This document shows, one piece after another, positions 41,582-51,574 of a stretch of DNA of 64,000 nt (its first letter is position 1; the number at the start of each line of letters is the position of its first letter). Source of the stretch: a virus (lineage: Duplodnaviria; Caudoviricetes); IMG/VR virus record IMGVR_UViG_3300032227_001172, positions 166,692 through 230,691 of that record; one strand, given 5' to 3'. The translations under genes were made by a program, and so were the position numbers. A model generated the notes under the pieces. It was not told the DNA's origin, did not search any database, and was given only the letters and a program-made list of their open reading frames with translations.

Positions 41582-42514
41582 TTGAACCAAGGAGCGACTA
41601 TGAATAAATTTGGCCTTTGCTGTATTTCTCTCAAACTCAAAGAACAAGGATTTAGTCATCAAACGATGACTTATAAGCGTTTTAGTGCTTTGCCCAGAGC
41701 AGAAGCACTTGATATTCTTGGATCACGCATCCTCAACAATCTTGTTGTAACAAACAGAACTATTCAGTTTTGTGCAGAAAACCATTACGTTTATAGGGTT
41801 AGTAGTGATATTTTTCCTCTTATTACTTATGATCAAGCCAATGTTAATCTAGAAGATTTGCCTAATCATGACGAAATACAAGATGAGTTTGATAATATTG
41901 CAGAAACTATTTCCTCTACTAGCGTTCGTGTTTCTGCTCATCCAAGTGAATTTAACAGTTTGTCTAGTCTCTCCGAAAAAGTTGTCGAAAAAACCATCAC
42001 AGAACTCAATTTCTACAGCAGTTTCTTTGACAGAATTGGACTTCCAGCAGATACTAGATCACCAATGAATCTTCATGTTCATAACAATAATGGAACTAGA
42101 GAAGAAATATCTAATAGATTTTACCAAAATTTTAAAAAGCTGGACGAGAATTGTCAGGCTAGACTAACTATTGAAAATGACGATAAACTTAACTGTTGGA
42201 GTGTGCGTGAACTGGTAGATATTTTTCATCCTATTACTCGTATACCAATATGTTTCGACTATCTTCACCATAAATGTCATCCTAATAACACAACAGAAGT
42301 TGAAGCTATTAATATGTGCTGGGACACTTGGCAAACCAGACCTCTTTTTCATTATAGTGAAAGTCGTCCCGGTAATAATCCACGCGCCCATGCAGACTAT
42401 GCTGAACAACCGTTTGATAATTATGGCTTAGAATTCGATATAGATATGGAATTAAAAGCAAAAGATTTAGCAATAGAATCTTATCAAAATATCCTTAAAG
42501 GAGCAGTTGTATGA
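41582..42514 (+). CDS. uvsE: UV damage endonuclease (likely start at MNKFGL)
   Basis: YRVSSDIFP, SAHPSEF, LTIENDD, FDYLHH, FHYSES, AHADY, ELKAKD. Confidence 0.95.
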   Translation: MNQGATMNKFGLCCISLKLKEQGFSHQTMTYKRFSALPRAEALDILGSRILNNLVVTNRTIQFCAENHYVYRVSSDIFPLITYDQANVNLEDLPNHDEIQDEFDNIAETISSTSVRVSAHPSEFNSLSSLSEKVVEKTITELNFYSSFFDRIGLPADTRSPMNLHVHNNNGTREEISNRFYQNFKKLDENCQARLTIENDDKLNCWSVRELVDIFHPITRIPICFDYLHHKCHPNNTTEVEAINMCWDTWQTRPLFHYSESRPGNNPRAHADYAEQPFDNYGLEFDIDMELKAKDLAIESYQNILKGAVV

Positions 42515-42794
42515 GTGCATGGTTAATTGCTTTAAGCGGGTGTATATATTTGTATGTAGCATTGGAACAAGCACATAAGGGTAATATTGGAATGTTTATA
42601 ACTTATATAGGATACGCATTTGCGAATATAGGCTTATATCTTCTAGCATCAAAATAGGATACAACTTATGAATGAACCAATAAGACTATCAATGTCAACT
42701 GGACAACCAATAGTAGATAAAATAAAACACTATCCATTGAAAAGCATAGAATCAGAACTGTGGGATTTAATCAGAGAAAGTTTGGATCACAAGA

Positions 42795-43220
42795 ATGAAG
42801 ATCATCAAAAAAGCAATCAAGTTGAGTTTCGACCGATTTCTACCAAATCAATATCAACGTAGATATCACTTTGCTATTGCTTTTGATGGCAATAGACCAA
42901 TTTTAGTTTCACAAAATAATCCTATCAAAGTTAATTCTAAAGCTTATAGAATAGGACAACAGTTTAATATCAAAACCTATATAGATTTCCCATATGTTCA
43001 TGCTGAAAGTCATCTTGTTTCTAAATTACTTGATCGCTATAATACCATTGATCCTAATTGGTCAATTGTTGTATTACGCATTAATAGACAAGGAAAAATA
43101 CTTTTAAGTAAGCCGTGTGAAAATTGTCAAAAAATTTTAGATGTTGTTGGATTAACCAAGGTTTTTTGGAGTATTAATGAATTAAATTTTTCAAATAATC
43201 AAAAAATTATAAATGTCTAG
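42795..43220 (+). CDS. zinc-dependent deaminase (CDA superfamily)
   Basis: HAE ... SKPCENC. Confidence 0.8.
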   Translation: MKIIKKAIKLSFDRFLPNQYQRRYHFAIAFDGNRPILVSQNNPIKVNSKAYRIGQQFNIKTYIDFPYVHAESHLVSKLLDRYNTIDPNWSIVVLRINRQGKILLSKPCENCQKILDVVGLTKVFWSINELNFSNNQKIINV

Positions 43221-43863
43221 TTTCTACATTCCAAAATATAATTGCGTATTCATACATATTCCTAAAACAGCAGGAACCTCAATTAGAAATGGATTTTTTC
43301 ATGAAGAATATATTGGACCATATTTACATTTTCCCTATAAGTATAAACATTTGTATTCATTTGCTTTTGTCCGTAATCCTTATGATAGACTAATTTCTGC
43401 ATATAATTTTTTTCATATCAAAAAAAAAGAAACAGATAATAATAAAAATCTTAAACTTTCTTTTACAGAATTTCTTAATATAGTAATAGATACTTCTATA
43501 GGCTACAGAGAGTGTAGTATTTATGGCAATATTCCAGAATTTATACGTCATCATACTATTCCTCAAACGGACGATTTTAATCAGCTGCACTATGCTAAAT
43601 TTGTAGGAAGATATGAAAATCTTGAAAATGATTGGGCAAAAATTTGTCGAGATATTTCAGCAGAGTATATTTCTTTGGATAAAAATAATGTTTCAAAAAA
43701 TATGAAATGGTATGACAAATTGTATCAAGAATGGTTTCCACAATCTTATAGGATGTATTTCTATAGAAAATATTTGAATAAAAAAAACTTAGACATTATT
43801 AATGGTTTTTATGAACAGGATTTTTTAACGCTAAATTACGAAAAAATTAAAGTTTTGTCTTGA
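43213..43863 (+). CDS. sulfotransferase family 2 protein
   Basis: FIHIPKTAGTSI, FVRNPYDRLISAY, GRYENL. Confidence 0.9.
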   Translation: MSSFYIPKYNCVFIHIPKTAGTSIRNGFFHEEYIGPYLHFPYKYKHLYSFAFVRNPYDRLISAYNFFHIKKKETDNNKNLKLSFTEFLNIVIDTSIGYRECSIYGNIPEFIRHHTIPQTDDFNQLHYAKFVGRYENLENDWAKICRDISAEYISLDKNNVSKNMKWYDKLYQEWFPQSYRMYFYRKYLNKKNLDIINGFYEQDFLTLNYEKIKVLS

Positions 43864-44126
43864 CAAGACCGATTTCTATGGTAGAATCATGTCATGGAGG
43901 CACAACTATGAACTGCATATATTGTCACGCTACTATACCAGAAGGTCGTTTAGAATTTCTAATCGACTATAATAGAACAAAAACTTGTATTGATTGTTCA
44001 TCAGAACAAAAAGCTGTCGGATTTATGGATTGGGGACATAAAACTGCTCCTCAGTTGGTTTTGTGTCCAGCAAATGCTACTGAAACTAAACGTATTTTAC
44101 AAAGAGCTAATAGGAGAGCAAGATAA
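43860..44126 (+). CDS. DksA/TraR-type C4 zinc-finger protein (likely start at MNCIYC)
   Basis: CIYCHATIPEGRLE...TCIDC. Confidence 0.75.
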   Translation: MTRPISMVESCHGGTTMNCIYCHATIPEGRLEFLIDYNRTKTCIDCSSEQKAVGFMDWGHKTAPQLVLCPANATETKRILQRANRRAR

Positions 44127-44672
44127 TGGCAAGAATTTTTAAAATACCAAAACATCAAACTGGTAGAACTATTACAACAAAAACTCCATATGGAAGTACA
44201 GGAGATATGGTTGTTACAGACGAAACTATTTTGAGCAAAGTGGAGATTGATGACGGTTCGATTCTATTAAAGGATGATGAAGGATTCTATATTACTTATA
44301 AGAATAGAGTAGATAGTGGCTTAAGTGACCCATTAAGGTATTCGTCTGAATACAGAGATACGATAGCTGAAAAAATTGCTTCTCAACTAGGAGATATAAA
44401 TGAATCGACTAACATGGAATGATTTGCTACTATTTTTATTGAAGCAAAAAGAGAACGACGCTTTTCGGTCAGATGATTATGTTATGGTTTATAATGCTGA
44501 AACCGGAGATGAGCATTATTGTGATGTATGGAATACTACCACAGATTCTAGTCGCCAAGAAAGACTGGTGATTGGATATAATTTTGATTCAGACTAAAGA
44601 AATGCGGTTGACAGTGACGATAAGTATGTTATACTGGACTCTGTAACGATTTGGTACTCAAGGAGATAACTT

Positions 44673-45089
44673 ATGCCGAAGGGTCAAAAATGTTGTGATA
44701 ATTGTGGACATTGCACTGGTCCCCGTGCTTATATGTGTCCTAAATGTAATCATACTTTTGTATTTAAAGCACAGAGTAAAGAAAAAAAACATACCAAAAT
44801 TATTAAAGACTTTAATTGGAAGGACTTGGTTAAGGGAGATAAAATCAAGGTTGGTGGTGGCCCATATTTTGTCTCTAGAGGAGAATTTATCCCCATGGGA
44901 TATAGGGGAAGATTTATTGTAGAAAGTATTGATGATAAGGGTATTAGGGCTATGGGTCTTGATAAATATCAAGGTTTTTGTCATATTTATATGGGACCAG
45001 ATTGGCAAAACCCAGAAACTCAAGTTTGGAAAATCAAGCATAAGCTACTTAAACTTAAGCCTAAAAATAAAGACCATGTAGACGTATGA
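44673..45089 (+). CDS. zinc-ribbon hypothetical protein
   Basis: KCCDNCG...CPKC; own promoter at 44608 and aggag RBS. Confidence 0.7.
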   Translation: MPKGQKCCDNCGHCTGPRAYMCPKCNHTFVFKAQSKEKKHTKIIKDFNWKDLVKGDKIKVGGGPYFVSRGEFIPMGYRGRFIVESIDDKGIRAMGLDKYQGFCHIYMGPDWQNPETQVWKIKHKLLKLKPKNKDHVDV

Positions 45090-45507
45090 TCATAGTGTAA
45101 AAATAATATTGGAGAATAATATGAATCAAACTTTTTCTATATCAGATATGGATGGTTTTGTTTATGCCATTAGAGATGGTGCAGCAAAAAGCATTCACGA
45201 TAACTACACAGAAGATCTGGATAGTTTTGTTACTCTTAATCAAGTGACACAATTGGTAATAGATAATAGTTTAGGTAAAGATGAATTTGGAGAGTATTTG
45301 ATTACGGAAGAAATTTTTGATACCATATTTGAAGAAATTCGTGATGGTATTTATCAAGCCGGATTATCAAAATTAGCAGCTAAGGGATATGTAGAGTGTT
45401 CTTGGGATGACGATAATAACCAGATGGTTTTTTGGCTTTCTAGTAAAAGTGGTCAACTTGACATCAATAGTTTTCCATCTAATATAGAGTGAATCTAGTT
45501 AAGGTTT

Positions 45508-45774
45508 TTGTGCGTGGCGGCAAAAATCTTATGTTTTATGAGCCACCTATTGAGAGGTATGACTATGACTAAGCAGGACCGTGTGATTAATTATTTGTCT
45601 AAGGGTAAAACTCTAAGCCAAGATAGTGCTTTCAGTATGTTTGAGGTTGGTAATCTTAGGGCAACTATCAGTGATATTAAGCCAGCTCTAAGATCTCAAG
45701 GTTTTAATGTTATCACTTCTGTTGGTAGAAACGGCGAAACTAGATACGGTTTGTCATCTCGTAGAAGTAAGTGA
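45508..45774 (+). CDS. small winged-HTH-like protein (likely start at MTKQDRV)
   Basis: VINYL..GKTL...A...F.V.NLRATISDI. Confidence 0.6.
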   Translation: MCVAAKILCFMSHLLRGMTMTKQDRVINYLSKGKTLSQDSAFSMFEVGNLRATISDIKPALRSQGFNVITSVGRNGETRYGLSSRRSK

Positions 45775-46291
45775 AATATTATCTTTACATAGGAAAAGCT
45801 ATACCCCCGATGCCTCTCGTAGAAGCATACTTTCGGGGGTCTTTTCTTATTGGTGTATTATTATGCAACAACTAGTACTTTTCGATATTGCTAATGAAGT
45901 AGATGAAGAATCTTTATCTCTTGATAAAGAGGAGGGTCTTATTTCTGAAGATACTAAAATATGCCGTATATGTAAATTAGAAAAATCTAAAGATGATTTC
46001 TTCTTAGATCGTGGTAAACTCTATTCAAAATGTAGAGATTGCTTTAAGAAATATCATCAAGACTTAAAAGAAGTACATAAAAACGCTCCAGAAAAACCAG
46101 ATAGATGTGAATGTTGTAATAAAATTCCTACAAAATGGGCATGTGACCACCATCCAAATAGTACAATATTCAGAGGATGGGTTTGTTGGGAATGTAATAA
46201 TGCTGCTGGGTCTATTGGGGACTCTCATGAGGGAGCTTTTAAGTTATTCAATTATTTATCAGAAAGACAACTACCAAAAGACACACAATAA
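45707..46291 (+). CDS. endonuclease VII-like His-Me nuclease (likely start at MQQLVLF)
   Basis: CECC...CDHHP...FRGWVCWECNNAAG plus N-terminal CxxC pairs. Confidence 0.75.
   Translation: MLSLLLVETAKLDTVCHLVEVSEILSLHRKSYTPDASRRSILSGVFSYWCIIMQQLVLFDIANEVDEESLSLDKEEGLISEDTKICRICKLEKSKDDFFLDRGKLYSKCRDCFKKYHQDLKEVHKNAPEKPDRCECCNKIPTKWACDHHPNSTIFRGWVCWECNNAAGSIGDSHEGAFKLFNYLSERQLPKDTQ
45803..45840 (+). repeat. 38-nt structured motif, copy 2 of 2
   Basis: acccccga-tgc-ctctcgtagaa-gca-tactt-tcgggggt. Confidence 0.8.
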
Positions 46292-46296
46292 ACTAT

Positions 46297-46646
46297 GGGG
46301 GCGAAAGTATCGATTGGATAATGGCTAATAAATTTGCAAGTAGAAGTTGACCTGGAGGCTTCTTTAAAACCAGATCAAACGCTTTAACTGGCGTAAATCA
46401 GTTTGCCCTTGCTGCTTAATCAATAACAGCAACAGTCTTAGAAAGCGATGAAGGTAGCGTTCAAAAGACTGTCGTAAAATCCTTCGGCTCCTGTTAGCGG
46501 TGACGGTTAACAGGTTAAGATATGTCACTAGGATTGATGAATGTTGTTTATTCTTTATTCAAATCCGAATTATTACGAATAATCTAAACTTGTAGAAAAT
46601 TTATTACAATTTATCGCAAGACCCGATTTCGCAGTCGGCGCCTCCA
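46297..46646 (+). ncRNA. ssrA: tmRNA, tag (A)GVNQFALAA
   Basis: GGGGGCG/CGCCTCC-A acceptor with G3:U70; TAACT then tag ORF 46390-46419 ending ALAA-stop. Confidence 0.92.
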
Positions 46647-46659
46647 CTTAATATAAAGC

Positions 46660-46872
46660 ATGAAAGATATGACTATGAATAGTATAAAAGATCATCTACA
46701 AGAAAATAATATGACATATTATCAACATTTTAAATTTGCTATATTTTTTGGATTTTTATCTTTACTAGCAGGATTTTGTTTGATAATTCATGCGTTTTTT
46801 CCATGCTGGTTTCAAACTGCTGGCAGCGATTTGGTTCGGTCTATGGCGATAGTGTTTAAGAAACGAAACTGA
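46660..46872 (+). CDS. small membrane protein (HL...TY..HF...IIHAFFP family)
   Basis: Motif pattern. Confidence 0.65.
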   Translation: MKDMTMNSIKDHLQENNMTYYQHFKFAIFFGFLSLLAGFCLIIHAFFPCWFQTAGSDLVRSMAIVFKKRN

Positions 46873-46937
46873 TTAGACGATACTTGACAAGGGGACTGCC
46901 GTAGGATAGAATTGGAACAACACAGGAGAAATTAAAA

Positions 46938-48239
46938 ATGTCGTTTGAGCATCTTAATGGTTTTGTTCGTGATCTGAAAACAACCAGCAGCACACTTGAT
47001 AAGGTTGGAATTATTGAGGATTATACCGCCTCTAATGAGAGTGGAGCAAACTTTATCAAGAAAATTCTGCTCTATACCTACCATCCTCTTTGGCAATATA
47101 ATGTGACCAGCGATAATCTTAAAAAGAAAAAGCATCTGCGTGGTCATGCTTATGATTGTATTTTTAAGCTTTTGGATGATCTAAAGAGTAGGAAGATTAC
47201 TGGACATGATGCCATTGGAGCAGTAAATACGTTCATTGATAACCAAAGAGAATACGAAGAACTCGTCCACTGTATCATTGATAAAGATTTGAAAACCCGT
47301 GCTGGAGATAAGCTAATTAATAAGGCTATTCCAGATCATATTCCAACATTTAGTGTCGCCCTAGCGGACAAATATGTTCCTAAAATTGTAGACTGGAAGG
47401 ATGGATGGTATGTTAGCAGAAAGATCGACGGTGCTAGATGTATTGCTATTGTTGATAGTAATGGTGATACTACCTTTTATTCCCGCACGGGAAAAAACTT
47501 TGATACTCTTGGTGTTGTTGGCGACGGCATTAAAGCTTTGGGACTTACTAATGTAGTTCTTGATGGTGAACTTTGTTTGGTTGATGAAGATGGTAACGAG
47601 GATTTCCAAGGAGTAATGAAAGAACTTCGCAAGAAAGATCATACTATCCCTAATCCATCCTATAAGATTTTCGATATGATTACTCATGATGAGTTTTATA
47701 GTCAGAAGGGGGAGTATAATAGACCTTTTGGTATAAGGCTCAAGAATCTTACAGAAGTTATGACAAAGAATGAATGTCCATGCTTGACACTATTGGAACA
47801 ATCTTTGGTAAAGGACGAAAGCCAATTTCAAGATATGATTAAGGAATCCAGTCAGAATGGATGGGAGGGTCTTATGCTTCGATCTGACGCTCCATATAAA
47901 GGCAAGCGATCCAAAGACCTATTGAAGTATAAAGCGTTCTCTGACGATGAATACGAAGTTCTAGATACTGAAATGGGACCATTCCGTTATGTTAAGGATG
48001 GTGCAGAATGTGAGGAAACTATGCTTAGTTGTGTAACAATTAAACATAAAGGTTATAATGTTAGGGTTGGTTCCGGCTTTAGTATCGAACAAAGACAAGA
48101 GTTTTATAAGAATCCTAAGAAAATTCTTGGTAAGATCATTACTGTACAATATTTTGAGGAAACAGAGAATGAGAAGGGTGGGATTAGTCTAAGATTTCCT
48201 ACCTTTAAGATTCTTCATGGAGAAGAAAGAGACATCTAA
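46938..48239 (+). CDS. ATP-dependent DNA ligase
   Basis: KIDGAR, LDGEL, EGLMLR, KRSKDLLKYK, VGSGF, SLRFPTF. Confidence 0.96.
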   Translation: MSFEHLNGFVRDLKTTSSTLDKVGIIEDYTASNESGANFIKKILLYTYHPLWQYNVTSDNLKKKKHLRGHAYDCIFKLLDDLKSRKITGHDAIGAVNTFIDNQREYEELVHCIIDKDLKTRAGDKLINKAIPDHIPTFSVALADKYVPKIVDWKDGWYVSRKIDGARCIAIVDSNGDTTFYSRTGKNFDTLGVVGDGIKALGLTNVVLDGELCLVDEDGNEDFQGVMKELRKKDHTIPNPSYKIFDMITHDEFYSQKGEYNRPFGIRLKNLTEVMTKNECPCLTLLEQSLVKDESQFQDMIKESSQNGWEGLMLRSDAPYKGKRSKDLLKYKAFSDDEYEVLDTEMGPFRYVKDGAECEETMLSCVTIKHKGYNVRVGSGFSIEQRQEFYKNPKKILGKIITVQYFEETENEKGGISLRFPTFKILHGEERDI

Positions 48240-48782
48240 TTGATCAGTTTCCAGTATGGTGTATAAAATTGTCCCGCCTTACTGGAGACATTAAATGATC
48301 AAAAGTTATTCTTCGCTCTCTCATATATCCCTGGTTTATTTTATTTGTAGGATTTTCTATAGGTTTTATTTGTAATTCCGAATGGTTTGGATATAAGTAC
48401 GTTCTTATAGAAAGATCAGTACGAAATATATTTTTTCCAATAAAATATGACGAACGGGTAGAACAGTGGGTGAAGTCTAATGGGAGGTTAAGATTATGGG
48501 CTAATCTAGAGTGTCCAGAATATTTTGAAGTCATTGATGAGTTTGTCAAAGGTGAAGAGCATTATTGGGCTATTTATAAGATCAAAGATAACAAAGGAAA
48601 AGAAATCAAAGATATTGGCAGCGTTAGAGTAAAATGGAAAACATGGGAATATTACTACAAATTAGACGAAATTGTCGATAAATCTGGAACTAAAAAATTA
48701 GATTGATATCATTGTCTTATGGCTTAATATAATATTGTGATGCGTCGTTTTGAGACCAATAACACATTATTAATGAATCGGT

Positions 48783-50774
48783 ATGCATATAAGTATTGAC
48801 AAATTTTATCAAGATCATAAAGTGGATATAAATTTTGATGAAATTTTTTATCAAGATAAATATCCAGATACTAAGGATTTCTATCAACCATACTGTAGAG
48901 AAAATAATATTGATGATAAACATCGGTTATTTTTTCATTATGTTAATCATGGAAAAAGTATGGGGATGTCTAAAAATAGACTAATAGCAATCAAAGTCCA
49001 AAATGGATTAGCAAATAGATTACGCACTTTAAATTCATTTTTTTCTTTGTCTGAAAATAAACACACCATACTTAAAGTGTGTTGGGAGGCTGGGTCTGGT
49101 TGGTCTGATGACTCTTTTCTAGATTTGTTTTTACCTATTAACGGTATTCAATTTATTTCATCATCAGAGTTTAACTCTCTGAGAGTGTCTTTTATCAAAT
49201 TGGATGAGAAAATAACTAAAAATAATTTCGGATATTATGATTATTTTGCCCCTAAAGAAAAGATACTTTCTTGGATTGATAAAGACTGTTTTACATATGA
49301 TGGGGACTCTTGTCTTGAATACATGCTTGGAAATTTTTCTAATTCAAATAAATTATATGATTTTTTAATTCCTAAACCCCATCTTTTAAAAATTATAAAT
49401 AGCTTTCCATTAGATAATTGTATAGGAGTCCATATCAGAAGAGGAGATAGTTTATATCATCCAAATCAAGATTTATATCAACTATCTGATGATAAAGCTT
49501 TTATTAATCAAATAAATGAAGAGATAAAATTAAATCCTGAAATTAATTTTTTTTTGGCTACAGACTGTTTAAAAACACAACAGTACTTTAATGCATTATA
49601 CCCGAATAGAATCTTATATAACAAAAATAAAAGATTTAACAATAGCAAGAATTATCTAGATCCTAAGCCGTATCAAGATGATGCTGTTGTAGATTTATTT
49701 GCATTAAGTAAAACGAAAAAAATAATAGGAAATAATTACAGTAGCTTTTCTAGCATGGCTTCCAAGCTAAATAATATTCCACTGATAATAGTTAAAAATG
49801 AAAAAGAGCATATTTCTCACAGAGAAACAAATGTTATGTTTGTTAAGTATGTGAAAGATTGGCAATACCCTGCATTTACAGAAAAAGCAGCTTATATTAA
49901 TCATACAAATAAAAAACAAAATATATACGATGAAAATTTATATATTGCATTTCCTTGGGCATCATTTATTGACCATATAAATCAATACGATGATTGTGAT
50001 TTTAATTCTGTTGAATACTTATTACAAAAAATGATAAATTTTTTCGATCCAGAATTTATCAAAAAATATGAATCACATACCGTATGTCAACATATCTTGT
50101 GGAAAAAACTTTTGCCTTTATGGAATTATATTGGAATAAAAAACGCTTATATATCACACTTAACCACAGAAAAAATAGAATCAAATATCAAGCTGCATCC
50201 TTGGCATTTAATATCCTCTAATATGGAAAATCCTAATCTTAATAAGGACTTATTGTTTAAATCAATAAAAAATAAAAAATATTTATGCTCATTTATAGGT
50301 AATCATAATGAACATTATAGGTCAAATATTAGAATTAAGCTTAAAAAAATTATTGAATATTCTCCAAAATGTTTTTATTCACTGGAGGATTCATGGTTTT
50401 TAAACAAAATTGTTTATGATCATCAAATAAGAAATAAAACATATGATTTAAAAGAGGTAGAAGTTGGATCTCAAAAATATAATAAAATTCTGTCAGACAG
50501 TGTTTTTAGTTTATGTCCAGAAGGAACTGGCCCCAATACTATTAGACTTTGGGAAAGTATGAGTGTTGGATCAATACCAGTACTTTTTGAAAATGATTGG
50601 GCTAGACCGATAATACCCGATATGGATTGGAAAGACGTATCTATTACAATTAAAAACAATGAATTAGATAATATTGTAGAGATACTTGAGTCTGTTTCTA
50701 GGGATGAAATAGAATATATGCAAATTAATTGTATAAATACTTATAATAAAATTAGATTAAGAACTTGTTTTTAA
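48783..50774 (+). CDS. bifunctional glycosyltransferase: fucosyltransferase-like (GT11/GT23-type) plus exostosin (GT47) domain
   Basis: NGLANRLR, IGVHIRRGD, SSFS; FSLCPEGTGPNTIRLWESMSVGSIPV. Confidence 0.82.
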   Translation: MHISIDKFYQDHKVDINFDEIFYQDKYPDTKDFYQPYCRENNIDDKHRLFFHYVNHGKSMGMSKNRLIAIKVQNGLANRLRTLNSFFSLSENKHTILKVCWEAGSGWSDDSFLDLFLPINGIQFISSSEFNSLRVSFIKLDEKITKNNFGYYDYFAPKEKILSWIDKDCFTYDGDSCLEYMLGNFSNSNKLYDFLIPKPHLLKIINSFPLDNCIGVHIRRGDSLYHPNQDLYQLSDDKAFINQINEEIKLNPEINFFLATDCLKTQQYFNALYPNRILYNKNKRFNNSKNYLDPKPYQDDAVVDLFALSKTKKIIGNNYSSFSSMASKLNNIPLIIVKNEKEHISHRETNVMFVKYVKDWQYPAFTEKAAYINHTNKKQNIYDENLYIAFPWASFIDHINQYDDCDFNSVEYLLQKMINFFDPEFIKKYESHTVCQHILWKKLLPLWNYIGIKNAYISHLTTEKIESNIKLHPWHLISSNMENPNLNKDLLFKSIKNKKYLCSFIGNHNEHYRSNIRIKLKKIIEYSPKCFYSLEDSWFLNKIVYDHQIRNKTYDLKEVEVGSQKYNKILSDSVFSLCPEGTGPNTIRLWESMSVGSIPVLFENDWARPIIPDMDWKDVSITIKNNELDNIVEILESVSRDEIEYMQINCINTYNKIRLRTCF

Positions 50775-51574
50775 AAATTATGAAAAAAGAAACCTCTGCT
50801 TACGTAATGTGTAACGACACACAAATATTTTGGCTAGAACCTTTTATCAAAAGTTTCAAACGCTACAATGATGAATTAAAATTATTTTTGATTCCATTTA
50901 ACAACAATATGAGAGAAACCGAATATGTATGTAGCAAACATAATGTAGAAATTATTTATGATGAATTCTTAAAAGAGTGCGATGACATAGCCTTAGATTG
51001 GTTGTATAATCAAAAATACATGTTGAGAATAAAAAACGAAGAAGAAAGAAAAAAACGAATATTTAATAGAATTGGAGTACTTAGAAAGTTTTTTACATTC
51101 ATCAAAAGTGATTACGAAAAATCTATATTTTTAGACTGTGATGTTATTATAATTAAAAAATTTGATGAGTTGTTTTTTGAAAAATCAAAAGATAATGATG
51201 TTCTGTATTTTTCAGATACCGACATAAGGTATTGTTATCCCGATGAATTTATTCAAGATCACCCGCAAGAAACATCAATTCATCACTATAACACTGGTGG
51301 TTTTTTATGTAAACCAAATCTAATTTCCTTGAATGATCTAAGGGACTTTGTGACTTATGTAAAAGAAAAAAATTTGGACACACTTGCTTATGGAAACGAT
51401 CAACCAATCATTAACATGATTTCCATACTTAAAAACTTAAAAATGACAGCTAATCATAGTGTGTTATGGCCTTGCGGGGAATGTGGACTACAAGATTATA
51501 ACTATATGATCCATTGGGCTGGTGCGGACTGTAAAAAGAACTTTCCTATGAGAGAATATTATGACCAATATTAA
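50765..51574 (+). CDS. GT8-like glycosyltransferase
   Basis: IFLDCDV, YNTGGF, NDQPIIN, IHWAG. Confidence 0.8.
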   Translation: MFLKIMKKETSAYVMCNDTQIFWLEPFIKSFKRYNDELKLFLIPFNNNMRETEYVCSKHNVEIIYDEFLKECDDIALDWLYNQKYMLRIKNEEERKKRIFNRIGVLRKFFTFIKSDYEKSIFLDCDVIIIKKFDELFFEKSKDNDVLYFSDTDIRYCYPDEFIQDHPQETSIHHYNTGGFLCKPNLISLNDLRDFVTYVKEKNLDTLAYGNDQPIINMISILKNLKMTANHSVLWPCGECGLQDYNYMIHWAGADCKKNFPMREYYDQY

